A stretch of 64,000 nucleotides of DNA, from assembly GCA_001542995.1 (NCBI GenBank), contig LFLA01000022.1, positions 92,587 through 156,586 of the forward strand, in the 5' to 3' direction. The notes under the pieces are model-generated. The model did not search any database, had not been told where the DNA came from, and worked only from the letters and a program-made list of their open reading frames with translations. The position numbers were made by a program, and so were the translations under genes. Origin of the DNA: Nitrospina sp. LS_NOB. Its GTDB lineage: Bacteria; Nitrospinota; Nitrospinia; Nitrospinales; VA-1. Below, one piece after another: positions 9,145 to 19,506 of the stretch (positions within the stretch are counted from its first letter, which is position 1; each line of letters opens with the position of its first letter).

Positions 9145-10335
9145 ATGAAAAAAATAGTATCCCTTTTTTGCCTCATTGCTTTTCTTAACCCGGTAAATCT
9201 TTTTGCTTTTGATTGGAAAAACCACGATTTGTCCAATCTCGTGGTGGTCACCAATCGCGATGCAGATGAATTGACCATCGTTGATATGACAACAGATGAG
9301 GTGATCGGCAAACAAAAAGTGGCACTAAACAGTCAGGCCCATATGACGGCATTTTCTCCGGATGGAAAAAAGTTGGCCATTGCAGCCACCGCGAACAACA
9401 AAGTTGCAGTCCTGGATCTGAATACCAATAAAGTGAGTGAAATTAATGTGGGGGCCGGTCCCGAGCATATGGACATCAGCAAAGACAATCGCTGGTTGTA
9501 TGTCGGGAACATTGAAGGCGGAACGGTTTCAGCGATTGATTTGAATCAAAACCGGGAAGTAGCCCGCCTCCAAGGTTTTCGTGAACCTCATGGCGCTACA
9601 ATCATGGCTTCTGGCAATAAAGTTTATATTCCCAACCGCGGCGCCCAGTTAGTAGGGATGGTGAATGTGTCTGAACAATTTTCTACCAGTGATATTCTCG
9701 TCGGATCTCTTACCGGTTTGGCCTCGTTCGACAGAGATCAAGCAGGAGCTGCCATGCACCGGGAACGGTCTATACCTGTAAATGGAGTGGCGAATGTCAC
9801 CCTGACACTGGATGAAAAATTTGCTTATATCGCCACCGGAGATGCAAATTCTGTGACGGTTTTAGATACCGCAACAGATAAAATAGTCCGCACCATTCCT
9901 GTCGGCTTGGACCCTTGGCGGGCATACGCTTCCCCGGATGGAAAATATATGGTTGTTCCCAACAACGGCGATCAAACGGTCTCAGTCATTGATGCGCAAT
10001 CCCATACACTCGTTGCCACCCTCCCCGGAGCGGACGATATGACAGGAGTGAATTTTGCCAGCAACAAAGGATATGTGATCAGCCGAGGGTCGAGCATGGT
10101 TTTTGTCTACGATTTCTCGACACTTAAAAAGACGGGTCAACTGGATATGGGTAAGAGCGCACGGCTGGAAACTGCAAGCACTTCCCCTGCGGGCAACAAA
10201 ATTTATGTGGCCTCTTCCTCCGACAATTCCCTCTACGTCATTGATGTTGAGTCGGATCGCGTCAAGCGAATCAAGGATGTCGGCAATTTCCCCTGGGGAG
10301 TCAGCATTTACAAGGGGCAGAATTACTGCCATTGA
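9145..10335 (+). CDS. periplasmic YVTN-type beta-propeller repeat protein
   Basis: Signal peptide MKKIVSLFCLIAFLNPVNLFA. About 7 blades show the SPDGK..Y(V/I)(A/P)N.....(V/I)SVID pattern (FSPDGKKLAIAATANNKVAVLD, ASPDGKYMVVPNNGDQTVSVID, SPAGNKIYVASSSDNSLYVID). The ORF track starts at 9106; the ATG at 9145 with GAGAGG upstream is preferred. Confidence 0.65.
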   Translation: MKKIVSLFCLIAFLNPVNLFAFDWKNHDLSNLVVVTNRDADELTIVDMTTDEVIGKQKVALNSQAHMTAFSPDGKKLAIAATANNKVAVLDLNTNKVSEINVGAGPEHMDISKDNRWLYVGNIEGGTVSAIDLNQNREVARLQGFREPHGATIMASGNKVYIPNRGAQLVGMVNVSEQFSTSDILVGSLTGLASFDRDQAGAAMHRERSIPVNGVANVTLTLDEKFAYIATGDANSVTVLDTATDKIVRTIPVGLDPWRAYASPDGKYMVVPNNGDQTVSVIDAQSHTLVATLPGADDMTGVNFASNKGYVISRGSSMVFVYDFSTLKKTGQLDMGKSARLETASTSPAGNKIYVASSSDNSLYVIDVESDRVKRIKDVGNFPWGVSIYKGQNYCH

Positions 10336-10411
10336 TTGAGATGCCCTTTTGGCCTGACCCAATTTTGGGTGATCGCCGGATGGGCCAATATGAAATTGTC
10401 GAATCAGGAAA

Positions 10412-11362
10412 ATGAACATGGATGAAACTGCGGCTCTGCCCGATGACTACGCCATTTGTATCGCAGGCCATGGAAGCCGTGATAAGGAAGGCATACAGGA
10501 ATTTTTGACCTTGTCTTCAAAGTTCAAGGAAAGAGAGCCTCATAGAATTGTGGAATGCGGCTTTCTGGAGTTTGCAAAACCTACGATCGACGAAGCCATT
10601 AGTAAATGTGTGCAGGATGGGATCAACAATATTGTTGTGATTCCGGGGGTGTTGATGGCTGCGGGTCATGCCAAGAATGATATGCCCAGTGAAGTCCTGT
10701 CCATGGCTCGAAAATTTCCTGCCATGAATATTCAATATGGTCGCCCTCTGGATATCCATCCGAAAGTTTTAAAAGTTTGCGCTGACCGCATTGAATCGGC
10801 TGAGAACTCTTCCTCGCAAAAAACTCTGCGTTCCGACACTTTACTCATGACAGTGGGACGCGGTAGCAGTGACCCGGATTCCAATTCCAATATCGCCAAA
10901 GTCTCCCGAATGTTATGGGAGGGAATGGGATTTAGCTGGTCAGAAACAAGCTTCATTGGGGTCACACAGCCCCTGTTGCCAGACGCTCTAGATAAAGTCC
11001 TTAAAATGGGATTTAAGCGCATTATCGTCTTTCCCTTTTTCCTTTTCACAGGCGTGTTAGTGAAAAGGATTTTTTCCATAACCGATGATTTTCAGAAAAA
11101 ATACCCTGGCACGGAATTTCTGAAAGCTCCTTATCTGAATTATGATGATTTGATCGTCGATGTTTTCATGGAAAGGGCCCGGGAAATTCCTTTTGGCCTT
11201 CAGGATATGAATTGCCAGCTTTGTAAATACCGCGAGCAGGTGATAGGTTTCGAGGATCAGGTGGGGCAACCCCAGGCGGGCCATCATCACCATGTTCGGG
11301 GTATTGATGGCCATCATGGTTTGGACCATGAACATCATAGTCATTCAGACCATGAGCACTAA
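10412..11362 (+). CDS. cbiX: sirohydrochlorin cobaltochelatase, long form with His-rich tail
   Basis: Two CbiX halves (IAGHGSRD and TVGRGSSDPD). C-terminal CQLCKY followed by GHHHHVRGIDGHHGLDHEHHSHSDHEH. Confidence 0.8.
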   Translation: MNMDETAALPDDYAICIAGHGSRDKEGIQEFLTLSSKFKEREPHRIVECGFLEFAKPTIDEAISKCVQDGINNIVVIPGVLMAAGHAKNDMPSEVLSMARKFPAMNIQYGRPLDIHPKVLKVCADRIESAENSSSQKTLRSDTLLMTVGRGSSDPDSNSNIAKVSRMLWEGMGFSWSETSFIGVTQPLLPDALDKVLKMGFKRIIVFPFFLFTGVLVKRIFSITDDFQKKYPGTEFLKAPYLNYDDLIVDVFMERAREIPFGLQDMNCQLCKYREQVIGFEDQVGQPQAGHHHHVRGIDGHHGLDHEHHSHSDHEH

Positions 11363-11390
11363 CGCTTCTATTAAAAAGTAAAATGGTTTT

Positions 11391-12029
11391 ATGCCCGCCT
11401 ACCAACCACATCCTATTGAAGCAAAAAGTTACGAGATCATAGATGGATTGGTGGATTTTTCCTGCTACCCCGCAGCGCACAGTGAAATTTTTAAACGCGT
11501 CATTCACACAACCGGGGATACCGAATTTATCAAGGGATTCAAAATTTCAGAAGGCGCCATTCAATCTGCGGTTCAGGCCATTTCTAATAAGGCTTTGATA
11601 TGGACAGATGTGACCATGGTGCAGACTGGTTTGAAGAGAGCCCTTCTGAAAAAGCTGAACTTGAAAACCTGCTGCATGATTCATGATCCGGAAACCTTTC
11701 AGAAGGCTGAAGCTGAAAACACCACAAGAGCGGTAGCAGGCTTGCGGCGTTTCATTGAGCAAAAGGTAGATTCCCCTAAAATCCTGATCATCGGTGATGC
11801 CCCCACGGCCCTTCAGGAGGCGGTTGACCTTGCCCTGAACAATCAACTTGATGCTGAATTGATAATTGGAATTCCGGTAGGTTTTGTGGGAACAGAAGCC
11901 AGCAAGGAATCATTGAGCCGACAAAATAAAATCTCATTCATTACTAATGAGGGAACCCGTGGCGGTTCCACAGTCGCCGCCTCAATTTTTAATGCCTTAA
12001 TGATCTGGACTCTCAACGAAAAGGCTTGA
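11391..12029 (+). CDS. cbiC: cobalt-precorrin-8 methylmutase
   Basis: HPIEAKSYEII, IHTTGD, IIGDAPTAL and EGTRGGSTVAA motifs. Length is 212 aa. Confidence 0.85.
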   Translation: MPAYQPHPIEAKSYEIIDGLVDFSCYPAAHSEIFKRVIHTTGDTEFIKGFKISEGAIQSAVQAISNKALIWTDVTMVQTGLKRALLKKLNLKTCCMIHDPETFQKAEAENTTRAVAGLRRFIEQKVDSPKILIIGDAPTALQEAVDLALNNQLDAELIIGIPVGFVGTEASKESLSRQNKISFITNEGTRGGSTVAASIFNALMIWTLNEKA

Positions 12030-12039
12030 GGAGATTTGC

Positions 12040-13191
12040 ATGTCAGCCCCTTTCATTGATTTAACCATCCCGGCTTCAAACGGAATGGCACGAGGCATCA
12101 CGACGGGTAGCTGTGCTACGGCGGCGGCCAGATCAGCACTCGAATTCTTGATTTTTAATTCTGAAAAGCAACAGATAGCGATTGATTTACCTTCGGGAGA
12201 AAAATTACGGGTTCCAGTAAATTTTTGCCGTAAAACGAAACGAGGGGCGATAGCGCAGGTGACCAAAAACGCAGGCGATGACCCAGATGTGACGGATAAA
12301 TGCAAGGTAGAAGTGGAGGTGAAGCCTAGTGAGAAGAAAAATGGGATTCATTTTTATGCGGGAGATGGCGTCGGAACAGTCACCGAAGATGGACTCCAGA
12401 TCCCCAAGGGAGAACCGGCAATCAATCCCATTCCCAGAAGCATGATCCGCCAAAACCTGGAACATATCCTTAAAGACCCCGCAACTCCTGAAACCTTGAG
12501 AGATTGCGGTTTGGATGTAGTCGTCAGTGTTCTCGGCGGAAAAGATATTGCTCTAAAAACCTTTAATCCAAGATTAGGAATTGAAGGTGGAATTTCCATC
12601 CTTGGGACAACGGGCATTGTTGAACCCATGTCTCTCAGCGCCTGGAAAGCCTCCGTCGAAATTTATATTGATGTCGCGCTGGCTACGCAATCAGAATTTA
12701 TTGTATTCAGCCCAGGGCGATGGGGACAGAAATTTTTCCACCAGGAGAGAGGTATCCCGCTGAACCGCATATGCCTGGTTTCAAATTTTATCGGATTCGC
12801 ATTGGATCATTTAAAACAACATTTTCATCCAGAAAAAAATCAAGTAAAAACCCTGGTCCTGGCCGGTCATCCGGGGAAATTGGCAAAAGTGATTGAGGGC
12901 CATTGGAACACCCACTCCAGCGAATCCCCCTCTGCACTTCCTGCAATATTAAAAATTGCGGAAAATATTTTTTCACCGGACAAGAAAGAAAAATTGCAAT
13001 CATCGAGAACGGTGGAGCATTTGATACAACTCAGTAGAAACAATCAAATGAGCGATATCTTATTTCAAGCGGTGGCCGACAAAATATCGAGAGCTGCTTC
13101 CAAGTATCTGGGGAAAACCATGCAGGTGGAGGTTTTGTTGGCAGACTTTAAAGGCAACTTGATCGGGCAGGCGGCAACTCATGACGGATAA
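12040..13191 (+). CDS. cbiD: cobalt-precorrin-5B (C1)-methyltransferase
   Basis: GITTGSCATAAA near the N-terminus, plus GDDPDVT and GISILGTTGIVEPMS motifs typical of CbiD. Confidence 0.85.
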   Translation: MSAPFIDLTIPASNGMARGITTGSCATAAARSALEFLIFNSEKQQIAIDLPSGEKLRVPVNFCRKTKRGAIAQVTKNAGDDPDVTDKCKVEVEVKPSEKKNGIHFYAGDGVGTVTEDGLQIPKGEPAINPIPRSMIRQNLEHILKDPATPETLRDCGLDVVVSVLGGKDIALKTFNPRLGIEGGISILGTTGIVEPMSLSAWKASVEIYIDVALATQSEFIVFSPGRWGQKFFHQERGIPLNRICLVSNFIGFALDHLKQHFHPEKNQVKTLVLAGHPGKLAKVIEGHWNTHSSESPSALPAILKIAENIFSPDKKEKLQSSRTVEHLIQLSRNNQMSDILFQAVADKISRAASKYLGKTMQVEVLLADFKGNLIGQAATHDG

Positions 13192-13921
13192 TTATGGAAC
13201 ATTTATCGGAATCGGTGTTGGACCAGGGCCTGCGGAATACATCACCATTAAAAGTCTCAACGCTTTGATGGAAGCTGACAAGGTTTTAGTTCCCCGTGCC
13301 AAGGGAGCCAAGGACTCCGTGGCTTTAGCCTGTATAAAAGATATTGATGTCCCCCGCGATAAAATTAAATTTCTCGACTACCCCATGTCAAACGATGAGA
13401 ATTTACTCAATTCCATTTACCGGGGTATTGCCAAAAAGATAATTGCGGATCTGAAGAAAAAACTGAACCTCGTTTATATTACCATTGGGGATCCCTATAT
13501 TTACTCAACTTACTCCTATACCGTCCATGCCTTGAAGGAATTGATGCCGGATATTTCCATTTCAACCTACCCCGGAATAAGTTCCTTTCAGGCACTATCC
13601 GCCGCTCTCGATTTTCCCCTGGCCCAAGGTAAGGAAAAAATTCTGATTCTCCCCTGCCCCGAAACTCCAGCAGAGTTAAAAGAGCAAATTGAGAGAAACG
13701 AAAATATTGTCTTGATGAAAATCGGGGACCGCTTTGATTGGGTTCGTGAATTATTAAAGGAAATGGATATCTTGAAAAATTGTGTCCTGGGAAAAAGGAT
13801 TGGCTTGGATAATGAAATCTTGTCCCGTGACCTTACAGGGTTAAATGGAGACGACAAACCCGGTTATTTATCCGTAATGCATATCCGAAAAACTCCCCTC
13901 TCAGGGAGAAACGGGCAATGA
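13181..13921 (+). CDS. cbiL: cobalt-factor II / precorrin-2 C20-methyltransferase
   Basis: Tetrapyrrole methylase fold with GIGVGPGPAEYITIKS and YITIGDPYIYST. Position in the operon fits. Confidence 0.75.
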   Translation: MTDNYGTFIGIGVGPGPAEYITIKSLNALMEADKVLVPRAKGAKDSVALACIKDIDVPRDKIKFLDYPMSNDENLLNSIYRGIAKKIIADLKKKLNLVYITIGDPYIYSTYSYTVHALKELMPDISISTYPGISSFQALSAALDFPLAQGKEKILILPCPETPAELKEQIERNENIVLMKIGDRFDWVRELLKEMDILKNCVLGKRIGLDNEILSRDLTGLNGDDKPGYLSVMHIRKTPLSGRNGQ

Positions 13922-14682
13922 AGGTCTATTTTATTGGAGCGGGCCCGGGGGATGTTGAACTGATGACTATAAAGGGAAACCGGCGGTTGCATTCCTGCCC
14001 CACTGTCATGTATGCGGGTTCGCTGATCAATCCGCAAATTTTATCTGGTCTTCCAAAATCTACACGGATTCACGACACCTCAAAATTAAACCTTGAACAA
14101 CAGGTCGCCATTTACAAGGAGGCCAAAGACGCGAATCAAGATGTCACCCGATTGCAAAGTGGAGATTTGTCTATATATGGAGCGATTGCGGAACAAATGC
14201 GGGCTCTTGACAACCTTGGCATTAAGTATGAAGTAATCCCCGGCGTCTCATCAGTGGCCGCGAGTGCTGCAATTTTGAAAAGTGAACTGACACTTCCGGA
14301 GATTTCACAAACCGTCATTCTCTCCAGGATCAGCGGAAGGACCCAGGTTCCCCCTGATGAGGACCTTGAAAAACTGGCCTCTCATAAATGCACCTTGTGC
14401 CTTTTCTTGTCTATCCACAAAATTAAAGACGTTGTCAAAAAACTCTCCATCCACTACCCACCGGAAACTCCGGTCATCGTGGTCTACAAAGCAAGCTGGG
14501 AGGATGAAAAAATTATAAAGGGAGACCTCAAGACCATTGCCGGCAAGGTGGAAAAAGAAGGGATCCGTTTGACAGCCCTAATTCTGGTGGGAGCAGTTTT
14601 CAACTCTAAAGGTTTCGAAGATTCCCGTTTATATTCAAAGGAATATTCTCATCTCTTTCGGAAAAAAAATGCCAGCAAATAA
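13918..14682 (+). CDS. cbiF: cobalt-precorrin-4 C11-methyltransferase
   Basis: VYFIGAGPGDVELMTIKG, LQSGDLSIYGA and IPGVSS motifs. Confidence 0.85.
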   Translation: MKVYFIGAGPGDVELMTIKGNRRLHSCPTVMYAGSLINPQILSGLPKSTRIHDTSKLNLEQQVAIYKEAKDANQDVTRLQSGDLSIYGAIAEQMRALDNLGIKYEVIPGVSSVAASAAILKSELTLPEISQTVILSRISGRTQVPPDEDLEKLASHKCTLCLFLSIHKIKDVVKKLSIHYPPETPVIVVYKASWEDEKIIKGDLKTIAGKVEKEGIRLTALILVGAVFNSKGFEDSRLYSKEYSHLFRKKNASK

Positions 14683-15472
14683 TAAAATCGCAATTATTGT
14701 CATTCGATCTGAAGGTTTGGAAGTTGCCCGAAAACTTCGACAGGCATGCCCTTCCTGGGATCTGTGGGCACCGGAAGCATCAGGCATCGAACAGGGCGAG
14801 AAGGCCTATAACTCAAAATTCAAAGACTGGCTGAACGAAAATTTCCAGAACTACGAAGGATTCGTCTGCATCATGGCCGCCGGAATTGTAGTGCGTGCAT
14901 TGAGCACAATGATTCCGGATAAGCGTACCGGGCCAGGAGTGGTGGTTTGTGATGAGTTTGGTCGCCATGCAATATCCCTCCTTGGAGGGCATGAAGGCGG
15001 TGCCAATGAATTGGCTCATGAAGTGGCTAGCAAGACAGGTTCTGTTCCCACCATCACTACGGGAACTGAATCCATGAAAAACTATATTCTTGGCGTGGGT
15101 TGCAGGAAGAATGCGGATTATGGGTCTCTAAAAGGACTCGTTCTCGAAGTCCTTAAAATTGCCAAAGTCTCTCCTGATCGAATCAGGATAATCACCACCA
15201 TTGACCTGAAGGAGAAAGAACCCTGCATTCTAGAATTATCAGATGAATTTGCCTGGCCCTTGCTAATTTTTTCCAAAAATGAAATTAATGCCACTAAAAT
15301 TCAAGTTCCACCTTCTAGTTTTGTTGAAGAAAATATTGGTGTGCCCGGTGTCTGTGAACCAACGGCCTTGATGGCTTCTCATTTTGGGGAGTTGATTGTT
15401 CCCAAGACCACAGCAAACGGTTGTGCGGTGGCTCTCGTACAGGAGCCGGAAATCACAGGCCGGAGGCCATAA
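14669..15472 (+). CDS. cbiG: cobalt-precorrin-5A hydrolase
   Basis: Short CbiG-like layout with LGVGCRKN and GVPGVCEPTAL motifs. Sits between cbiF and cbiH. Confidence 0.75.
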   Translation: MPANNKIAIIVIRSEGLEVARKLRQACPSWDLWAPEASGIEQGEKAYNSKFKDWLNENFQNYEGFVCIMAAGIVVRALSTMIPDKRTGPGVVVCDEFGRHAISLLGGHEGGANELAHEVASKTGSVPTITTGTESMKNYILGVGCRKNADYGSLKGLVLEVLKIAKVSPDRIRIITTIDLKEKEPCILELSDEFAWPLLIFSKNEINATKIQVPPSSFVEENIGVPGVCEPTALMASHFGELIVPKTTANGCAVALVQEPEITGRRP

Positions 15473-15476
15473 GCCA

Positions 15477-16217
15477 ATGGGCAAACTCTATTTAGTTTCT
15501 ATTGGTCCGGGAGCGCTCGATATGATCACTCCCCGCGCCTCTGAAGCCTTAAAAAAATGCCAAATAATAATTGGCCATCAACTATACCTGGACTTAATTC
15601 AAACTCTGATTCCAGGTAAAACTCAAATCGCAACCCCATGGGGAAGCGAAATCGAAAGAGTGGATCTCGCAATTCAAAAAACCATCGAAGGAAACGATGT
15701 CAGCCTTATTTCCAGCGGAGATATAGGAGTCTATGGACTGGGTGGCCTCACCCTGGAAAAACTTGGGGAAAATGATTTGGCAATCGACTACGAAATCATC
15801 CCAGGGGTGACCTCGGCAAATGCGTGTGCGTCCATATTGGGAGCGCCCCTGGCCCATGATTTTTTGACATTATCTCTTTCCGATTTACTGGTTCCAAGAG
15901 AAACAATTCTGGAGAGAGCAGAGGCGGCAGGAAAAGGGGGCTTTGTTTCTGTCCTTTATAATGTTCAGAGTTCGAAAAGAAAAGAATTGGTGTATGAGGT
16001 GTTGGACAAGTTCAAACCTCATCGGGCAGCCCAGACACCTTGCGGGGTGGTATCGAACGCTTTCCGGTCGGACGAAAAAAGTAATATTGTGGATTTTCAG
16101 GACTTATTCTCGATGCAGTTCGACATGCTGACTACCCTTGTTCTGGGAAATGATGCGACACGGGTGGTCAAAAACAAACTGGTCACACAGCGAGGTTATT
16201 CTTTTAAAAATATTTAG
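15477..16217 (+). CDS. cbiH: cobalt-precorrin-3B C17-methyltransferase
   Basis: MGKLYLVSIGPGALDMITPRA, SSGDIGVYG and IPGVTSANA motifs. The internal ATG at 15477 is preferred over the track start at 15396, which overlaps cbiG. Confidence 0.85.
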   Translation: MGKLYLVSIGPGALDMITPRASEALKKCQIIIGHQLYLDLIQTLIPGKTQIATPWGSEIERVDLAIQKTIEGNDVSLISSGDIGVYGLGGLTLEKLGENDLAIDYEIIPGVTSANACASILGAPLAHDFLTLSLSDLLVPRETILERAEAAGKGGFVSVLYNVQSSKRKELVYEVLDKFKPHRAAQTPCGVVSNAFRSDEKSNIVDFQDLFSMQFDMLTTLVLGNDATRVVKNKLVTQRGYSFKNI

Positions 16218-16227
16218 GGAAAATAAA

Positions 16228-16983
16228 ATGCTCTGGCTATTCTCTGGAACCTCAGATGGAAATAAAATCGCTCAGGATCTAATATCCCAAAAATGCCATC
16301 TAAAAGTATTTGTAGCTACCCAATATGGAAAAAAAGTCGCCGCAGAAACTTTACCACGACAGGTTATAGAAACAGGAAGAATGAATGAGAGTGAAATTTT
16401 TCAGCGTGCAGAACTGGAGGCCCCCGAAAAGGTGATTGACGCGACCCATCCCTTTGCATTGGAAATCAGCAGGAACCTGATGGAGTTCTGTCAGGCCCGC
16501 CAGATCCCTTATATCCGCTATGAACGACCGGAAGAGCCTATGGCCGGAGAAAATATCCATATTGTGAATGACATTGAACAGGCATCGGAAAAAGCCAAAA
16601 TCATGGGAAAGCACATTTTATTGACGGTGGGTTCCAAAAATATTGAACCTTTTCTCGGCGAAAACTTTCAAGGTCGAATCTATATCAGAATGCTCCCTGA
16701 CCCGCAATTGATTCAACATTTATTGTCGAAAGGAGTCCCTCCTGATAGAATTATCGCAATCCAGGGTCCGTTCAGCATTTCAATGAACCGGGCGATGATG
16801 GTAGATTTTTCCATCGATTGCCTGGTCACCAAATCTTCGGGGAAAGAAGGCGGGGTGCCCCAAAAGATTGCTGCCGCAAAGGAACTTGGGATTTTCGTTA
16901 TTGTTATTAAACGACCAGAAATAAAGTATCCCTTATTATTTAGTGACAGGGATGAAGTGGTAAAACACATCAACAACTCTTAG
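16228..16983 (+). CDS. cbiJ: cobalt-precorrin-6A reductase
   Basis: MLWLFSGTSDGNKIA, DATHPFA, TVGSKN and VTKSSGKEGG motifs. The ATG at 16228 is preferred over the track start at 16138. Confidence 0.8.
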   Translation: MLWLFSGTSDGNKIAQDLISQKCHLKVFVATQYGKKVAAETLPRQVIETGRMNESEIFQRAELEAPEKVIDATHPFALEISRNLMEFCQARQIPYIRYERPEEPMAGENIHIVNDIEQASEKAKIMGKHILLTVGSKNIEPFLGENFQGRIYIRMLPDPQLIQHLLSKGVPPDRIIAIQGPFSISMNRAMMVDFSIDCLVTKSSGKEGGVPQKIAAAKELGIFVIVIKRPEIKYPLLFSDRDEVVKHINNS

Positions 16984-17001
16984 CGAGGCAGGAACTTAAA
17001 A

Positions 17002-17670
17002 ATGATTTATGCCGTAGGGATCGGGCCAGGCGACCCGGACATGTTACCTCATAAGACCGTATTATTATTGCAAGAGGCGGATGTTATTTCCGGCTTTGAT
17101 ACAGTTTTAAACCTGGCTGAAAAACACTTTAACCCCAATGCGATTCGGATATCGATGGGCTACAAAGACCAAAGCGAAAAACTTGCGCAGGTGGGAAAAT
17201 TATCTAGAGAAGGTAAAACATGTGTGGTTTGCTTTATGGGTGATGTGAATTTTTCCGGATATGAATACCTGGAAAGAATAAATAATGATTGCCATGAACC
17301 CAACCCTGTAATCATTCCGGGTATCAGCTCTGCCCAGATAGCAGCATCCAGGACTTTGACAGCCTTTGAAACCAGCGTGTTCCTGACATTTCATAAGCGG
17401 GGAGATATTTCCAAAGATAAGGAATTTTTAGTTTCCGCACTCAAACTGGGCAAATCAGCAATCGTCATCCCTCTGCCATGGGATTTTATGCCGGCAGAAA
17501 TCAGTCACTACCTGATTGAGCAGGGGATTCCGGCCCAAACGAAAGTAAATATTTTTGAGCATCTGACCTGGCCCGAAGAAAAAGCCTATAGTAGAACTCT
17601 GAATAATTGTACAGAAAAATTCTCTGACGTTTCTATAATGGTCATTTCTTCTATAAACGCACAATCCTGA
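17002..17670 (+). CDS. cbiE: cobalt-precorrin-7 (C5)-methyltransferase, CbiE-type; no fused or adjacent CbiT
   Basis: Tetrapyrrole methylase with IYAVGIGPGDPDML and IPGISSAQ. At 222 aa it has no room for a CbiT domain. Confidence 0.75.
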   Translation: MIYAVGIGPGDPDMLPHKTVLLLQEADVISGFDTVLNLAEKHFNPNAIRISMGYKDQSEKLAQVGKLSREGKTCVVCFMGDVNFSGYEYLERINNDCHEPNPVIIPGISSAQIAASRTLTAFETSVFLTFHKRGDISKDKEFLVSALKLGKSAIVIPLPWDFMPAEISHYLIEQGIPAQTKVNIFEHLTWPEEKAYSRTLNNCTEKFSDVSIMVISSINAQS

Positions 17671-17710
17671 AAGCCCTTAAAATGGTTACAACTAAAATTA
17701 ACAGGTGCCT

Positions 17711-19489
17711 ATGACTACACCCTATTTCCCGTTTTCTGCCATCGTTGGACAGGAAAAATTAAAAGAAGCCCTTGTGCTAAACGCTGTCAATCCCTCCATT
17801 GGCGGAGTATTGATTTTTGGACAAAAAGGAACTGCAAAATCCACCGCAGTGCGAGGTTTAAAAAACATATTAGGACTCATCTCCTCCAAGAAGAAGGATG
17901 TTCCTTTGGTAGAACTTCCCCTGTCGGCCACGGAAGAAATGATTGTGGGAACCATAAACATACCCAATACCCTGAAATCCGAACAAATTCAGATTGAGTA
18001 CGGTCTGCTGCATAAAGCAAATAACGGAATCATTTACATCGATGAAGTGAATCTGCTTGAGGACCATCTGGTGGATGTGATTTTGGATGCTGCCGCGATG
18101 GGAGTCAATAGAATTGAAAGAGAAGGCATCAGCCATGAGCACCCAGCAAATTTCATCCTCATAGGAACAATGAATCCTGAAGAAGGAGAATTGCGCCCAC
18201 AACTTTTGGATCGGTTCGGAATATCCGCAAAAATCAAAACAGAAACAGAGGTGGATATAAGAAAGGAAATTGTTAGCCGTAGACTGGCATGGGAAGAAGA
18301 AAAGCAAAGCTTCACAGAAAAATGGCAGCAAGATGAAAACTGCATTGGTGAGTCGATTGAAAAAGCCAAGCAGCTTCTGCCCAAGGTAGTCTTGAGCGAA
18401 AAATATTTGGAGTTGGCCATAAACCTTACGTTACAAGCTAATGTGGAGGGCCACCGGGCCGACATTATTATATCCAAAACAGCTAAAACCCTGGCCGCCT
18501 TAGCGGGGAGACTGGAAGTCAATGAGAATGACATATATCGTGCCGCCGAGTATGCTCTGAACCATCGCACGGATTCTATTCCCACTCCTCCATCAAACGA
18601 ATCCCCAGATAAGAAGACGGAGACCCCGGCTCAGGATGAAAGCACCGAAACCCAGTCGGGCAACAAACCTCAATCGTTCCAGACCGAGCAACCCCCAGCC
18701 ACTCAAAATTTTAAGACTCTCGATATCATTACAAATGCTGCTCAAAATAATGTAGCAGGGAGAACCATGGATAGAAAACAAAAGGTTCGGCGGGGTAAAG
18801 TAATTGGCTCTGTGGATTCGAACACACAAACAGCAAACCTGTCTGAAATCGCCTTTTTCCCTACCCTTCTAAACGGAATCCGAAGAGGAAAAAAGAAACT
18901 TTCTGATATTGCTCCCGACGATCTCCGTTTTAAGCGAAGAATTTCAGGCAGGAAAGAACTGCATGTTCTTGTTGTGGACACCTCAGCATCCATGGGAACC
19001 TTACAACGCCTTTCCTATGCAAAGGGTCTGATGCAAAGGATCCTCAAGAATGATTATCAAAAGAAAAATTATGTCGCTGTTGTCGGAACTCAGGGGGACC
19101 GCGCCAACGTGGTATTAAAACCCACACGCAATTTTTTTCAGATAGATCAAGTCATGGATTCCCTCAAGGCAAAAGGGAAAACCCCCTTACTGCATGCTAT
19201 TGACAGCGCCTTGAATCTTGTTGAAAGCTTTCACAGGCAAAACAAATTCCTCACAAATTTACTTGTAATTATATCCGACGGAAAATTGAACGTCCCCTTC
19301 CAAAAATCAGTCGGCGAAGATTTACAAGGATTGGGCAAGCGTATCAAGAAACTTAATCTGAACAATTTCATTGTCGATTCCAATCAAAAATTCAACCGTT
19401 CTTTTCTGTTAAAAAAAATGGTCAGCATTTTTGATGGACGATATATGGTTATGGAAGACACCCTTCTTCAAGGAAAGATTTCTCTTTGA
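17711..19489 (+). CDS. ChlI/ChlD-like AAA+ plus vWA chelatase subunit (partner of CobN)
   Basis: [16 protein letters not shown], Walker [10 protein letters not shown], Walker [11 protein letters not shown], and a C-terminal vWA domain with MIDAS motif VVDTSASM. Confidence 0.8.
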   Translation: MTTPYFPFSAIVGQEKLKEALVLNAVNPSIGGVLIFGQKGTAKSTAVRGLKNILGLISSKKKDVPLVELPLSATEEMIVGTINIPNTLKSEQIQIEYGLLHKANNGIIYIDEVNLLEDHLVDVILDAAAMGVNRIEREGISHEHPANFILIGTMNPEEGELRPQLLDRFGISAKIKTETEVDIRKEIVSRRLAWEEEKQSFTEKWQQDENCIGESIEKAKQLLPKVVLSEKYLELAINLTLQANVEGHRADIIISKTAKTLAALAGRLEVNENDIYRAAEYALNHRTDSIPTPPSNESPDKKTETPAQDESTETQSGNKPQSFQTEQPPATQNFKTLDIITNAAQNNVAGRTMDRKQKVRRGKVIGSVDSNTQTANLSEIAFFPTLLNGIRRGKKKLSDIAPDDLRFKRRISGRKELHVLVVDTSASMGTLQRLSYAKGLMQRILKNDYQKKNYVAVVGTQGDRANVVLKPTRNFFQIDQVMDSLKAKGKTPLLHAIDSALNLVESFHRQNKFLTNLLVIISDGKLNVPFQKSVGEDLQGLGKRIKKLNLNNFIVDSNQKFNRSFLLKKMVSIFDGRYMVMEDTLLQGKISL

Positions 19490-19506
19490 ATCTTTATATT
19501 TAAAAA

